NCBI GenBank assembly: GCA_045863295.1
Contig: BTWA01000002.1
Location: 32,001 to 96,000, forward strand
DNA from: Candidatus Hydrogenedentota bacterium
GTDB taxonomy: Bacteria > Hydrogenedentota > Hydrogenedentia > Hydrogenedentales > SLHB01
Length of the DNA: 64,000 nucleotides
Direction of reading: 5' to 3'
Shown here: one piece after another, positions 10,851-22,156 of the stretch
Numbering within the stretch: position 1 is the first letter of the stretch
Layout: every line of letters starts with the position of its first letter
The notes under the pieces: model-generated
Seen by the model: only the letters and a program-made list of their open reading frames with translations
Told to the model about the DNA's origin: nothing
The model's database searches: none
Program-made: the position numbers and the translations under genes

Positions 10851-12405
10851 GCGGACCTTAGCGCGCAACACCGCGTTCAACGCCGCCGGGCGTCTATGGG
10901 ATGCCGCCCTGACCCTGGTGTTGACTCCGTACATCGTGAACCGGATCGGGTGGGAGGCCTGGGGCCTGTGGGCCTTGATCGGATCGCTCACCGGATACGT
11001 AGGTCTGCTCGACTTGGGAATGGGGAGCGGCCTGTCGAAATTCATCGCCGAACACGCGGCGAAGGGCGATCGCAAGGCGCTGTCGTCGGTGGTGAGTACC
11101 GCGTTCTTTTTTTACGCAGGGTTTGGCGCGCTGCTCGTGGCCGCTGGTTGGCCGCTGTGCGGCGCGGCTATAGAAGCGTTCGCCGCATGGCGCGGCGGAG
11201 AACCGGCTGTCGCCGCGGATGCCGTGTTCCTCGCACGCGGTTCCATTCTCCTTTACGCGGCATCCATGGCCATCGTGCCGTTTATGGCGGTGCAGACCGG
11301 TTTACAACGAATGGGCGTGGCCAACGCCGTAAGCGGTGCGGCATCTATCATCAAAGCAGCCGCGATTGTGACCCTTTTGGAACTGCATACGGGTGTGCGC
11401 GGGCTGATCTACGCCAACAGCGCGTCAACCTTGTTCGTGGCACTGGCGGGCGTGGTGGCGGCCTATGCGCTGGCGCCGGGTCTGCGCGTTTCACCCTCGG
11501 GCATCTCGCGCGAAACGTTTAGTACGCTGTTTGCCTTTGGCTGGCGCGCACAAGTGGCAAGGTTGTGCAATCTGGTGATGCTGGAAACCGATCGCGTCAT
11601 CGTGGGGTTTGTTTTTGGTTTGACCGCCGCGGGCCTATACCGGGCCGGAGAGGAAATCGCGAACAAATTGCGGCAGGTTCCCGTATTGGTGTACAGCGCG
11701 ATTGTACCGGCCGCATCCGATCTCGATGCGCGCGGAGACGTCGAACGGTTGAGAGGACTGTACCTGCGAGTGTCAAAATACGGCGCTGCCGTGGCAGTGC
11801 CCATGTTGCTGTTTGGCGGCGCCTCTGCCGGAATGATTATGCGCGTCTGGTTTGGCCAGGAGGAAGGCCTCGACACGGCGGCATGGGTGCTTCAAATTAT
11901 CGCGATAGGTCACTTGGTCAACGTTCTTGCGGGGGCCGGTGTCAGCATCGCGCTGGGCAAGGGGCGCGTGGATGTGCAGATGATACCCGGACTGATTTCC
12001 GCGGGCGCCAACATCGTCTTGACCGTCGTCTTTGTCCAGGTAGTCGGCTTTTACGGTGTACCGGTGGCCACAACGATGGCCATGTTCCTGGGATGGGCAT
12101 GGCTGCTTCGCGCGATGGGATCCATCGTTGGGTTGAGAGGAACGCGAACCGTGCGGAAATCGCTCTTGTGGCCGCTCGTGGCGGCGTTGCCCGGTATAGC
12201 CGTGTGTGCGGCGGCCGATATCTACACCTCGGGTTGGTCGGGACGCCTGCTGAACGGCGGCGCCCTCCTGGTCTGCCTGTCCACAGCCGGCGTTATTTAT
12301 GCAAGTCTGCTACAGGCAGCGCCGTTCTGGGATGCAACCGATCGCGGCCTTTTTGGAAGCCTGCGCGGAACCGGAAGTGAAAACAAAATGAGCGGATTAA
12401 ACTAA
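10840..12405 (+). CDS. Wzx/MOP-family oligosaccharide flippase
   Basis: LARNTAFN start, LLDLGMG, ETDRVIVG..GLY and about 14 TM helices; overlaps the upstream gene. Confidence 0.85.
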   Translation: MSIKRTLARNTAFNAAGRLWDAALTLVLTPYIVNRIGWEAWGLWALIGSLTGYVGLLDLGMGSGLSKFIAEHAAKGDRKALSSVVSTAFFFYAGFGALLVAAGWPLCGAAIEAFAAWRGGEPAVAADAVFLARGSILLYAASMAIVPFMAVQTGLQRMGVANAVSGAASIIKAAAIVTLLELHTGVRGLIYANSASTLFVALAGVVAAYALAPGLRVSPSGISRETFSTLFAFGWRAQVARLCNLVMLETDRVIVGFVFGLTAAGLYRAGEEIANKLRQVPVLVYSAIVPAASDLDARGDVERLRGLYLRVSKYGAAVAVPMLLFGGASAGMIMRVWFGQEEGLDTAAWVLQIIAIGHLVNVLAGAGVSIALGKGRVDVQMIPGLISAGANIVLTVVFVQVVGFYGVPVATTMAMFLGWAWLLRAMGSIVGLRGTRTVRKSLLWPLVAALPGIAVCAAADIYTSGWSGRLLNGGALLVCLSTAGVIYASLLQAAPFWDATDRGLFGSLRGTGSENKMSGLN

Positions 12406-12412
12406 CAGCGTC

Positions 12413-13201
12413 ATGAAAGATTTTGTGCCTTGGCTAATAGGACCGTACGCGAGTCAACGCAAGTTTCGGCAATTCTGCGAAATCGGCGCGCGCACCGGCG
12501 CGACCAGCGCTCGTTTGCTTGAATTGGATGGCGCGACCTTATCGATCATCGATCCCTGCGAGGACGACGACCTCATTACCCGCTTCGAGGGCGATTCGCG
12601 GGTGAAAGTGATTAAGGGCTTCAGTCTCGACGTGTTGCCCGTGCTCACTGACACATTTGATGCTTTTCTGATCGACGGCGATCACAATTGGTACACGGTG
12701 TACCACGAACTAGCCGTCATCCACGATCGCTCCTTGCTGAAGCCCGGCGGGGTGATCTTTCTGCACGATACCGCATGGCCGTACGGCCGGCGCGACATGT
12801 ACTTCGACCCCGGCCGCATACCCAAGGAATACGTCCAGCCCCATGAAAGAAGGGGAATTGTGAGGGGACAACCGGATCTGGCCGACAGCGGCGTAAACGC
12901 GCATCACTACAATGCCCTGCATGAAGGCGGACCACGCAACGGCGTATTGACGGCGGTGGAAGATTTCGCCCGGGAGCATAAGGGCGGCTACATCCGCTAT
13001 TCACTCGACGTGCAGTTCGGCATCACGATGCTTCACCGGTGCGGACGGCCCGAAGAAGACTGGATGTTCGAGCGCTTCACGCGTTCCATATCCCGCCGCA
13101 TTCGCATCGGAGCATGGAAACAACGAATGGATCGGATCGTACCCGGCGCCGTGCCTCTATACCGCGCAGTGCGACGCCTGTTTCGGCGGAACTCCCCATG
13201 A
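12413..13201 (+). CDS. Class I SAM-dependent methyltransferase (Methyltransf_24-like)
   Basis: EIGARTG, IDGDHNWYTV and LKPGGVIFLHD. Confidence 0.85.
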   Translation: MKDFVPWLIGPYASQRKFRQFCEIGARTGATSARLLELDGATLSIIDPCEDDDLITRFEGDSRVKVIKGFSLDVLPVLTDTFDAFLIDGDHNWYTVYHELAVIHDRSLLKPGGVIFLHDTAWPYGRRDMYFDPGRIPKEYVQPHERRGIVRGQPDLADSGVNAHHYNALHEGGPRNGVLTAVEDFAREHKGGYIRYSLDVQFGITMLHRCGRPEEDWMFERFTRSISRRIRIGAWKQRMDRIVPGAVPLYRAVRRLFRRNSP

Positions 13202-14157
13202 GCCAGGCCGTGACGGTTATCATTCCAACGTGGAACCACGGCGACCTGCTGAATGCGTGTCTGAATTCGCTGGCAGATCAGATTTTTCAGAAATTGGACA
13301 TTATTGTCGTCGATGACGCGTCGTCCGACGGCACAGTGAATGCCGCCGTGTCCGGTCGCCAAAACGTTCGGATTCTGAGGAATGAGACCAACCGCGGTTT
13401 CGCCGCATCAGCGAACCGGGGACTGCGTGAAGCAACGTCGGATTGGGTTATGCTTCTGAACAATGACGTGACCCTCGCCCCGGACGCCATTGATCGGCTT
13501 GTAAATGCGGTGGAGTCTGAACAGGCGGACATGGTGCAACCGCTGATTCTATGGCGAGACGCTCCGGATCGCATCTATTCCGCGGGTGACCGGCAGCGGC
13601 TCAACGGCCGTCCGGAAGGTATCGGTTTTCGCGATCAGCGGGAAGGCTTCCGGTTTGACGAACCTGTGTTTGGAGTGACAGCGGCGGCGGCACTGTACCG
13701 GCGGGAGATATTCGACCGGGTAGGGTACCTGGACGAGACGTTCCTGGCATATTTCGAAGACAGCGATCTGAATTTCAGGGCGAGGCTCGCGGGGTTCCAA
13801 GCGGCGTGTGTTCCAGAGGCGGTAGCATGGCACGTTGGCTCGGCGAGTCAGTCCGGCAAAACCTGGTGGCGATCACGCCAGTGCTTTCGCAATCACGCCC
13901 TGCTCGTGGTCAAAAATATGCCGTGGCCGCTGCTGATTCGGTATGCGCCATCCATACTGCGAGAGCGGCTCCACCAGATATCCATGCTGATCGGGTCTGC
14001 CCGCGCCGAATTCGGGCTGGCGAAAGCGCTGGCAATTGCCGCTCTGGCAATAGGCTCTACATGGCGGGCACTGTTGCCTTCCATGATGAAGCGGTTCAAT
14101 ATTCAGCGGAATCGCGCGGTTGACCTGCAGACATTGCGCGACCTGTTGCGCGAATAG
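13198..14157 (+). CDS. Glycosyltransferase family 2
   Basis: VIIPTWN, VVDDASSDG, NRGFAASANRG, LLNND and FEDSDL. ATGA overlap with the methyltransferase stop. Confidence 0.9.
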   Translation: MSQAVTVIIPTWNHGDLLNACLNSLADQIFQKLDIIVVDDASSDGTVNAAVSGRQNVRILRNETNRGFAASANRGLREATSDWVMLLNNDVTLAPDAIDRLVNAVESEQADMVQPLILWRDAPDRIYSAGDRQRLNGRPEGIGFRDQREGFRFDEPVFGVTAAAALYRREIFDRVGYLDETFLAYFEDSDLNFRARLAGFQAACVPEAVAWHVGSASQSGKTWWRSRQCFRNHALLVVKNMPWPLLIRYAPSILRERLHQISMLIGSARAEFGLAKALAIAALAIGSTWRALLPSMMKRFNIQRNRAVDLQTLRDLLRE

Positions 14158-14242
14158 GGAGGAGGACCCTGCCCACGGAGGAAGGAACCTCAATTGCGCA
14201 AATAAGGTATGATACGGCAGGTTGCAAATCCGGGAACTCAGT

Positions 14243-17200
14243 ATGACGCATGCGTTTCACTTCGTCCGTCCTTTCACAGCAATCTGCATACTGGCGGCGC
14301 TTCCTTGTGCCCATGCAGTTGACGAAAAATCCGCCTACTTCGAACTCGAGATTCGGCCACTCCTCGCAAAGCACTGCTTTGAATGCCACGGCGAGGAAAA
14401 GCAGAAATCTGAATTGAGGCTGGATACACCCGAAGGACTCCTCAAGGGCGGCACGCGCGGACCCGCCGTAATGCCGGGCGATGCAAACAGCCTTCTTCTG
14501 GAGGTGGTGAATTACCTTGGCGACGTGCAAATGCCGCCTGCCGGAAAACTGCCCCAGCAAGACATCGACAAGTTAACGGCATGGGTTTCGGCCGGCGCGG
14601 TGTGGCCGAAATACGCATCCGATGCCGCACCAACGGGCGGCACGGACAAGGCAGAGGCACTTGCACAAGCCAAAAGCACGCACTGGGCGTACCGGCCTCT
14701 CGCATCACCCCAGCCTCCGGCAATCACCAACGCGGCCTGGCCGCACAATGACATCGACCGATTCTTGTTGGCAGGCATGGAGAAAGAGGGCCTTCAGCCT
14801 GCCGCACCCGCCGACAAGCGTACGTTGATCCGACGGGTCACCTTCAATCTCACAGGTCTACCGCCCTCCGTTGACGAAGTGAATGCATTTCTTGCCGACG
14901 AGAGCCCAGAAGCATTTTCCACGCTGATCGATCGGCTGTTGGCGTCGCCACGGTACGGCGAACGGTGGGGAAGGCATTGGCTGGATGTGGTTCGCTACAC
15001 CGATTCTTTCGATTCGCGCGCGAGCATCGTGACCGACCCCGCGGAGATTTGGCGTTACCGGGATTGGGTGGTCAATGCATTCAACCGGGACATGCCTTAC
15101 GATCAATTCCTCCAGTATCAGATCGCCGGCGACGTGCTGCCCGGACCGGACGGGGGGTTCAACCGCGAGGGCCTTATCGCAACCGGCATGCTCGCCATCG
15201 GCAACTGGCCCCAAGGCGATGCCGACAAAGAGAAAATGGTGTCCGACATCGTCGACGACCAAATCGACGTGATCACGCGTGGCATGTTGGGCATCACCAT
15301 GGCGTGTGCACGGTGCCACGATCACAAATTCGATCCGTTCACCACGGAAGAGTACTACGGCATGGCCGGCGTGTTTTTCAGCAGCAGCATCCTGCCGGGC
15401 CCCGGAGCAAAGACCGAAGGCTCGCCAATTCTGCATTTGCCCATTGCCTCGAAGGAAGATCTGGCCGCACGTGAAGCCCGAGCAGCCCACGAAAAGGCGC
15501 TGCGCGATGAACACGCCGCGCTACTGCTGCAGGAACGAACCACGTGGGCGCAGGCCGAAGCGGCAAAAACCGCGCAGTACCTGCTGGCAACCACAAGCGA
15601 TGCCTCGGAGGCTGCGGGACTCAACGCCGAGGCCCTGCGCCGCTGGTTGCGCTTCACCAATCAAGGCGTGCACCCCGCGCTCAATACCGTCGATCGTGAC
15701 CTGCAAGGCAAGCCCGGCCTGTTCGCGCGGCGCGACGCAGTGGATTTGCCATCGTCGGTGGCCAATACAAGCGGCGAGGAGTATCGCTATGCAACCATCA
15801 TCCATCCCGCCGGCGCCTTGGCCGTGCATCCTTCGCCGGATCAGGGCGTGGGGATTGTGTGGCGCAGTCCCGTTCAAACAAACGTTCATGTGACGGGCCG
15901 CGTAGCCGATGCCGATGCCACTTGCGGAGATGGCATCCGGTGGACGCTGGAACACCGCGGGCGAGGCATAGCGGAGATCGTAGCGCAGGGCGATATGCCA
16001 AACGGAGGCGAGGTGCCCATTCAAGTGGCTTCCACGCTGTCCGTGTCCTCGGGCGATCAACTCGTACTTACCGTCTTGCCCAACAACGGTCACGGCTGCG
16101 ATACAACCCTAGTGTCGTTGAATGTGCAATCCGACGGTAGCGATACTTGGGATCTGGTGTCCGATGTGCTCAAGCACTTTGCCGAAGGCAATCCGTGGCC
16201 GGACGTCACGGGCCGCCCGGACGTTTGGTGGTTGCATGCGGGCGAGGCAGGACCGCGCGCCGACCCCATATTGTTCGCCCCGTGGTGGAAGGCACTGGAG
16301 GAAATGCAGGCGGGCCGTCGCGGTCCGGACGCGCTCCAGCAGGCCGCCGCGATGATTCAAACAGCGATAGACGGAGTGACGCCCGAATCGCCCCTCGCGA
16401 CGGCCATCGCTGCTGTCACCGGCGACAACGGACCTTTCTGGATCGACCCTCAGCCTGCGCAAGAAGGATCGCGCCGCGCTGTGATCGAATCGGAACTGGC
16501 TTCCCTGGAAGCGCAACCGTTGCCCGAACTCGAACTGGCCGTAGGCATTCAGGAAGGCGGCGTGCCCGGCACACCCACCGAGGGAATACGAAATACACGC
16601 GTTCACCGGCGCGGAGACTACAACAACCTCGGCGACGAAGTGCCGCGCGCAATGCCCGCGGTCGTGCGTGAAGTACCGCGACCCGTCACGGCGGGAAGCG
16701 GCCGCGCGGATATGGCCAAATGGGTCACCGAAGACTGCGCCGCCCTCACCGCGCGCGTTATGGTCAACCGCATTTGGCAACATCATTTCGGCGAGGGACT
16801 CGTGCGAACGCCGGGCGACTTCGGCAAACAGGGCGAACCGCCCACACATCCCGAATTGCTGGACTACCTTGCCAACCAATTCATCGAATCGGGCTGGAGC
16901 ATAAAATCGCTGCACCGCGCGATTCTGAACACGGCCGCGTACCAGCAGTCGTCGCAGGCCGATGCAACCGTTACTTCCCGGGATCCCGAGAACAAATGGC
17001 TCGCGCGTAACTCACGCCGCCGACTCGATGCGGAGGCGCTGCGCGACAGCCTCTTATATGTTGCAGGTGTGTTGGATCTCACGCCGGGCGGCCCCGCCTA
17101 TGCCGATATGAACATCCCGCGACGGACACTCTATCTGCGTACGGTGCGGTCGAACCTGAGCACGTATACCATGTTGTTCGACGGCGCGGATCCCACAAGC

Positions 17201-17494
17201 GTGGTACCAAAACGCGCCGAGTCGATCGTTTCTCCGCAAGCGCTATTTCTGCTCAATAACGAGTTTATCGCCAAACTGGCGGATGCGCTCGCGAAGTCAG
17301 TCGAATCGCAGGGAGCCGATCTGCCCGCCTTGGTGGATGTATTGTATCAGCGGCTCTACGCGCGGCCCGCCACCCCAAAGGACATCGAAATCGCGCAGCG
17401 GCTGCTGACCGGGTTGGGATATCCCGCCTCGGAGTCGCTGGTGGCCTACGCACAAGTCCTGGTCAGCGCGAACGAGTTTATGTTTGTGGATTAA
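14243..17494 (+). CDS. PSD1 and planctomycete cytochrome C domain protein (PSCyt1 + DUF1549 + DUF1553)
   Basis: Signal peptide; HCFECHG and ACARCHDHKFDP heme motifs; YGERWGRHWLDVVRY; ARVMVNRIWQHHFGEGLVRTPGDFG; PTHPELLDYLA. Confidence 0.92.
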   Translation: MTHAFHFVRPFTAICILAALPCAHAVDEKSAYFELEIRPLLAKHCFECHGEEKQKSELRLDTPEGLLKGGTRGPAVMPGDANSLLLEVVNYLGDVQMPPAGKLPQQDIDKLTAWVSAGAVWPKYASDAAPTGGTDKAEALAQAKSTHWAYRPLASPQPPAITNAAWPHNDIDRFLLAGMEKEGLQPAAPADKRTLIRRVTFNLTGLPPSVDEVNAFLADESPEAFSTLIDRLLASPRYGERWGRHWLDVVRYTDSFDSRASIVTDPAEIWRYRDWVVNAFNRDMPYDQFLQYQIAGDVLPGPDGGFNREGLIATGMLAIGNWPQGDADKEKMVSDIVDDQIDVITRGMLGITMACARCHDHKFDPFTTEEYYGMAGVFFSSSILPGPGAKTEGSPILHLPIASKEDLAAREARAAHEKALRDEHAALLLQERTTWAQAEAAKTAQYLLATTSDASEAAGLNAEALRRWLRFTNQGVHPALNTVDRDLQGKPGLFARRDAVDLPSSVANTSGEEYRYATIIHPAGALAVHPSPDQGVGIVWRSPVQTNVHVTGRVADADATCGDGIRWTLEHRGRGIAEIVAQGDMPNGGEVPIQVASTLSVSSGDQLVLTVLPNNGHGCDTTLVSLNVQSDGSDTWDLVSDVLKHFAEGNPWPDVTGRPDVWWLHAGEAGPRADPILFAPWWKALEEMQAGRRGPDALQQAAAMIQTAIDGVTPESPLATAIAAVTGDNGPFWIDPQPAQEGSRRAVIESELASLEAQPLPELELAVGIQEGGVPGTPTEGIRNTRVHRRGDYNNLGDEVPRAMPAVVREVPRPVTAGSGRADMAKWVTEDCAALTARVMVNRIWQHHFGEGLVRTPGDFGKQGEPPTHPELLDYLANQFIESGWSIKSLHRAILNTAAYQQSSQADATVTSRDPENKWLARNSRRRLDAEALRDSLLYVAGVLDLTPGGPAYADMNIPRRTLYLRTVRSNLSTYTMLFDGADPTSVVPKRAESIVSPQALFLLNNEFIAKLADALAKSVESQGADLPALVDVLYQRLYARPATPKDIEIAQRLLTGLGYPASESLVAYAQVLVSANEFMFVD

Positions 17495-17568
17495 AATAAA
17501 GGTGCTCCAGATAAACAGGACCTGATTGATAGACATGTACACAATAGCCCAAAAAAGGAGAGCAGACG

Positions 17569-18309
17569 GTGAAAGTTCACGTTGTGTCCGCCTTGGCAAT
17601 GGCCTGCGCCAGCGCGCTTGGCGCCGCCGCCGAAGACACCCGCTGTTACGAGATGCGGATCTACTACGCCGCCCCGGGAAAGCTGGAAGCATTGCAGGCC
17701 CGCTTTCGCGATCACACCTGCGCCCTTTTTGAGAAACACGGGTTTACCAACATCGGCTATTGGGTGCCTCTGGAAAATCCTGAAAGCAAACTGATCTACA
17801 TCATTGCCAGCCCCAGCCGCGAGGCACACGCCACAGCATGGAAAGCGTTCGTCGCAGACCCGGAATGGAAGCAGGTGGTGGCGAAAACGGAAGCGGACGG
17901 AAAGCTGGTGACGAAAGTGGACAAGATCTACCTGACCGCAACCGATTTCTCGCCTGCGGTCGTGCCGTCAAAGACCGAAGAGCCGAGGGCATTCGAACTG
18001 CGCACCTATACCCCTGCGCCAGGCAAGATGGACGCGCTGCTCACTCGATTCCGCGATCACACGGTAAAACTGTTCGAAAAACACGGCATGACCAACATCG
18101 GCTACTGGACCCGCCAGGACAAGGAAAACGATCAGCTCATCTACATTCTCGCCCACAAGAGCAAAGAAGCCGGCCTCGCGTCCTTCGATGCCTTCCGCGC
18201 CGACCCGGCCTGGGTCGAAGCCAAAAGTGCCTCCGAAGTGAGCGGCTCGCTGACCGAGAAGGTTGAGTCGGTGTACCTGACGCCGGCCGACTTCTCGACA
18301 ATCAAATAA
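17569..18309 (+). CDS. Secreted NIPSNAP family protein with two tandem domains
   Basis: Signal peptide; duplicated motif (Y/F)E(M/L)RxY...PGK...RFRDHT..LFEKHG.TNIGYW; AAGGAG RBS. Confidence 0.9.
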   Translation: MKVHVVSALAMACASALGAAAEDTRCYEMRIYYAAPGKLEALQARFRDHTCALFEKHGFTNIGYWVPLENPESKLIYIIASPSREAHATAWKAFVADPEWKQVVAKTEADGKLVTKVDKIYLTATDFSPAVVPSKTEEPRAFELRTYTPAPGKMDALLTRFRDHTVKLFEKHGMTNIGYWTRQDKENDQLIYILAHKSKEAGLASFDAFRADPAWVEAKSASEVSGSLTEKVESVYLTPADFSTIK

Positions 18310-18515
18310 GTACCTATAACGAATTAATAATAGCGTAAATAGTGAGATAAACCATTATATACCCTTGTTTCAATCCGCTAGAAAAATTCGGCCTTTGAAC
18401 TCTCCACTGGCAGGGCAACGCGGCTTACTATATTGTTAGAAGCTACTTGGCAGACTGGGGATCTGGAAGGCGGTGGAAATTGCAATTTCGCCAAATGAAG
18501 GCCAGAAGACGATCC

Positions 18516-19931
<1,416 letters not shown>

Positions 19932-20022
19932 AACGGAGGAAGGTGTGTATTAGCGCATCTTCTTTCTGCCGTAGCGGGGATAACCCGGCCCCGCGGCATC
20001 GTGCGAACGAGACGCCTGCTTT

Positions 20023-20051
20023 TTGACTCAATTCCGTTTGCAGAGTACAAT
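20023..20051 (+). promoter_or_regulatory. Sigma70-type promoter of the DUF1015 gene
   Basis: TTGACT (20023-20028), 17-nt spacer, TACAAT (20046-20051); about 50 nt upstream of ATG 20102. Confidence 0.7.
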
Positions 20052-20101
20052 TCCGGCCTTCCCATGCGTCCACGCGGCAATTCACGGAGATTTGTTCCCC
20101 C

Positions 20102-21355
20102 ATGGCAGATATCAAGGGCTTCCCGGCGTTTCGTTACAACAAGGCGCGCATCGGCAATATGAGCGACGTAATTACGCCGCCGTTCGATGTAATCGACGCC
20201 GAACAGCGCGCCATCCTGGGAGCGAAAAGCCCCTACAATTACGCACACCTGATATTGCCGGAGGAACGGGACAGCCTCTCCAAATACGAGTATTCCGCAA
20301 AGCTGTTCAATCAATGGATCGCCGAAGGCATTTTCAAGCAGGACGACGCCGACTCCTACTACGTGTTGGAACAAAAGTTTAAAGGGTTGGATGACAAGCC
20401 ACACACCCGGCGGGGTTTCTTCGCGGCCGTGAAAATCCCGGAGTCCGGCGAGGAATACATCCTCGGCCACGAGCGCACGTTCGAATCCAAGTTTCAGGAT
20501 CGGCTGCGCCTCATGGAAGCCACCGGCGCGCAGTACGGCGCGGTGTTTCTCATGTACTCCGATCCCAAACACGAACTGGGATTCTTGTTCGATCCGATCG
20601 CATCGCGCGATTCGGATATCGCGGCGGACACCATCGATGGCGTCTCCCTACGCGTATGGCGCACCAGTACCGATCCGCGCGTGAACGACTTCTTCAAGGA
20701 TAAGACGCTCTACATCGCCGATGGACACCACCGGTTCCGAACCGCCATGGCCTACCGCGATCACATGCGCACACTCCACGGAGGCGATGGCAAAGCCCCG
20801 TACGATTACGTGTTGGTCGGATTGGTGGAAGCGGACGATCCCGGATTCCTGATTTGCCCCGCACACCGGTTGCTCGACGCACCCGAGGGCTTCTCGCTCG
20901 AACAATTCCTGATTGATGCGCAGGAATGGTTCGACGTGCAAACGGTCGAAGGCGATGTGCTCGAACACGTGAATGCCGCCAACGAGTGCACCATCGGACT
21001 TCAGACGAAAGAGGGCCAGAAACGTGTGCTCGTGCTGCGCGACATCGATCGCACCAAACTGCTCGGCGAAGAACACGGACCCGCCTGGCGCGACCTCGAT
21101 GTGAGCGTGTTGCACGGCGGTATTCTCGAAAAGCTGATGGGTCTCGACGCCAACGCCATGCTCGTCTACGAGCACGACGGCAAAAAGGCGCTGGAGATGG
21201 TCAAGTCCGGCAAAAAGGAAATGGTCTTTGTGTTGAAAGGCGTCACCCCGCGTCAGCTCTTCGCATGCGCCGACGCCCGCGAATTCATGCCCCAAAAATC
21301 CACCTACATCTTCCCAAAATTGCCCTCAGGCGCCGCCATCCACAAAGTGGGCTGA
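20102..21355 (+). CDS. DUF1015 family protein
   Basis: MADIKGFPAFRY..PPFDVI, ILGHERT, LYIADGHHR and MPQKSTYIFPKLPSG. Confidence 0.9.
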   Translation: MADIKGFPAFRYNKARIGNMSDVITPPFDVIDAEQRAILGAKSPYNYAHLILPEERDSLSKYEYSAKLFNQWIAEGIFKQDDADSYYVLEQKFKGLDDKPHTRRGFFAAVKIPESGEEYILGHERTFESKFQDRLRLMEATGAQYGAVFLMYSDPKHELGFLFDPIASRDSDIAADTIDGVSLRVWRTSTDPRVNDFFKDKTLYIADGHHRFRTAMAYRDHMRTLHGGDGKAPYDYVLVGLVEADDPGFLICPAHRLLDAPEGFSLEQFLIDAQEWFDVQTVEGDVLEHVNAANECTIGLQTKEGQKRVLVLRDIDRTKLLGEEHGPAWRDLDVSVLHGGILEKLMGLDANAMLVYEHDGKKALEMVKSGKKEMVFVLKGVTPRQLFACADAREFMPQKSTYIFPKLPSGAAIHKVG

Positions 21356-21362
21356 CCGGATC

Positions 21363-21557
21363 TATGGACTGCGGAAGCTTGCTTCCGCCTTAGCTAAGCA
21401 AGCTTGCTTGCGGTTTCGTAGGAAAGCGCGTCGCTGTATGGCGACGAGCGGGGATGGTTTTGTACAGCCGGATCGGTTTATCTTCGTTTCGCTGACTTGC
21501 GCGCACGCGGGAGCAAGCTCCCTTAGGCAAGGCGGAAGCAAGCTTCCGCAGTCCACA
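21363..21557. repeat. REPIN-like element copy 1 (inverted REP doublet, left flank of RAYT)
   Basis: Perfect 27-bp terminal inverted repeats 21365-21391 (TGGACTGCGGAAGCTTGCTTCCGCCTT) and 21529-21555; each contains the hairpin GCGGAAGC-TT-GCTTCCGC. Confidence 0.92.
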
Positions 21558-21596
21558 GGGAGGATCCACAATTGGATTTGCCGGAGGGAACGTCGT

Positions 21597-22142
21597 GTGA
21601 CAGATCAAGAATCCTCATACTGGCACCATGCGCCGCCTCATGTGTTTATTCCCGACAGCACGTATTTTATTACCGCTGGAACAGTGGACCGCGCCCACCT
21701 GTTTAACACGTCTGAGAAACGGGATTCACTCGTAGCCCAATTTGCCGCCGACGTGGAACGAGCCGCATGGCAACTCCATGCATGGGTATTCTTTGCCAAT
21801 CATTATCACTTCGTTGCGTTCGCGCCCGAAGGCGCTTTGCCCATGAAACGCTTGCTCCAAGCCTTTCACTCCAACTCCGCGCGGGCGCTGAACACGGTGG
21901 ATGGCACTCCAGGCCGGAAAGTCTGGCACCAGTACCGCGACACACGCTTGACGTTTGAGCGAAGCTATCTTGCACGGATGCGGTACGTTCTAGAGAATCC
22001 CGTGAAACACGGTTTGGTGAAGGTGTCAGAAGAGTATCGATGGGGCTCAATGCGTTGGTTTTTGAAAGAGGGAAACCCAGGATTTCAAAAGACCGTACTT
22101 TCCTTTAACATTGACCGAATCTCGATCGACGATGACTATTGA
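21597..22142 (+). mobile_element. REP-associated tyrosine transposase (RAYT/TnpA-REP, Y1 HuH family)
   Basis: HAPPH..TYFITAGT, HuH motif ANHYH, VWHQYRD and YVLENPVKHGLV....YRWGS. GTG start after GGAGGG; flanked by REP doublets. Confidence 0.9.
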
Positions 22143-22156
22143 AACGCGTGGTCGAA

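Noticed and set aside
17650..18110. Nucleotide-level direct repeat (CGCGATCACAC...ACCAACATCGGCTA)
   Set aside because: It is explained by the internal domain duplication of the NIPSNAP protein and is not an independent repeat element.
18310..18515. AT-rich spacer before DUF1501 as an origin or sRNA
   Set aside because: No DnaA boxes, iterons or stable hairpins were found; it is most simply a promoter region.
21408..21596. N-terminal 63 codons of ORF 21408..22142 and small ORFs 21362..21571 and 21390..21608
   Set aside because: They run through the REPIN. The RAYT more plausibly starts at GTG 21597 after GGAGGG.
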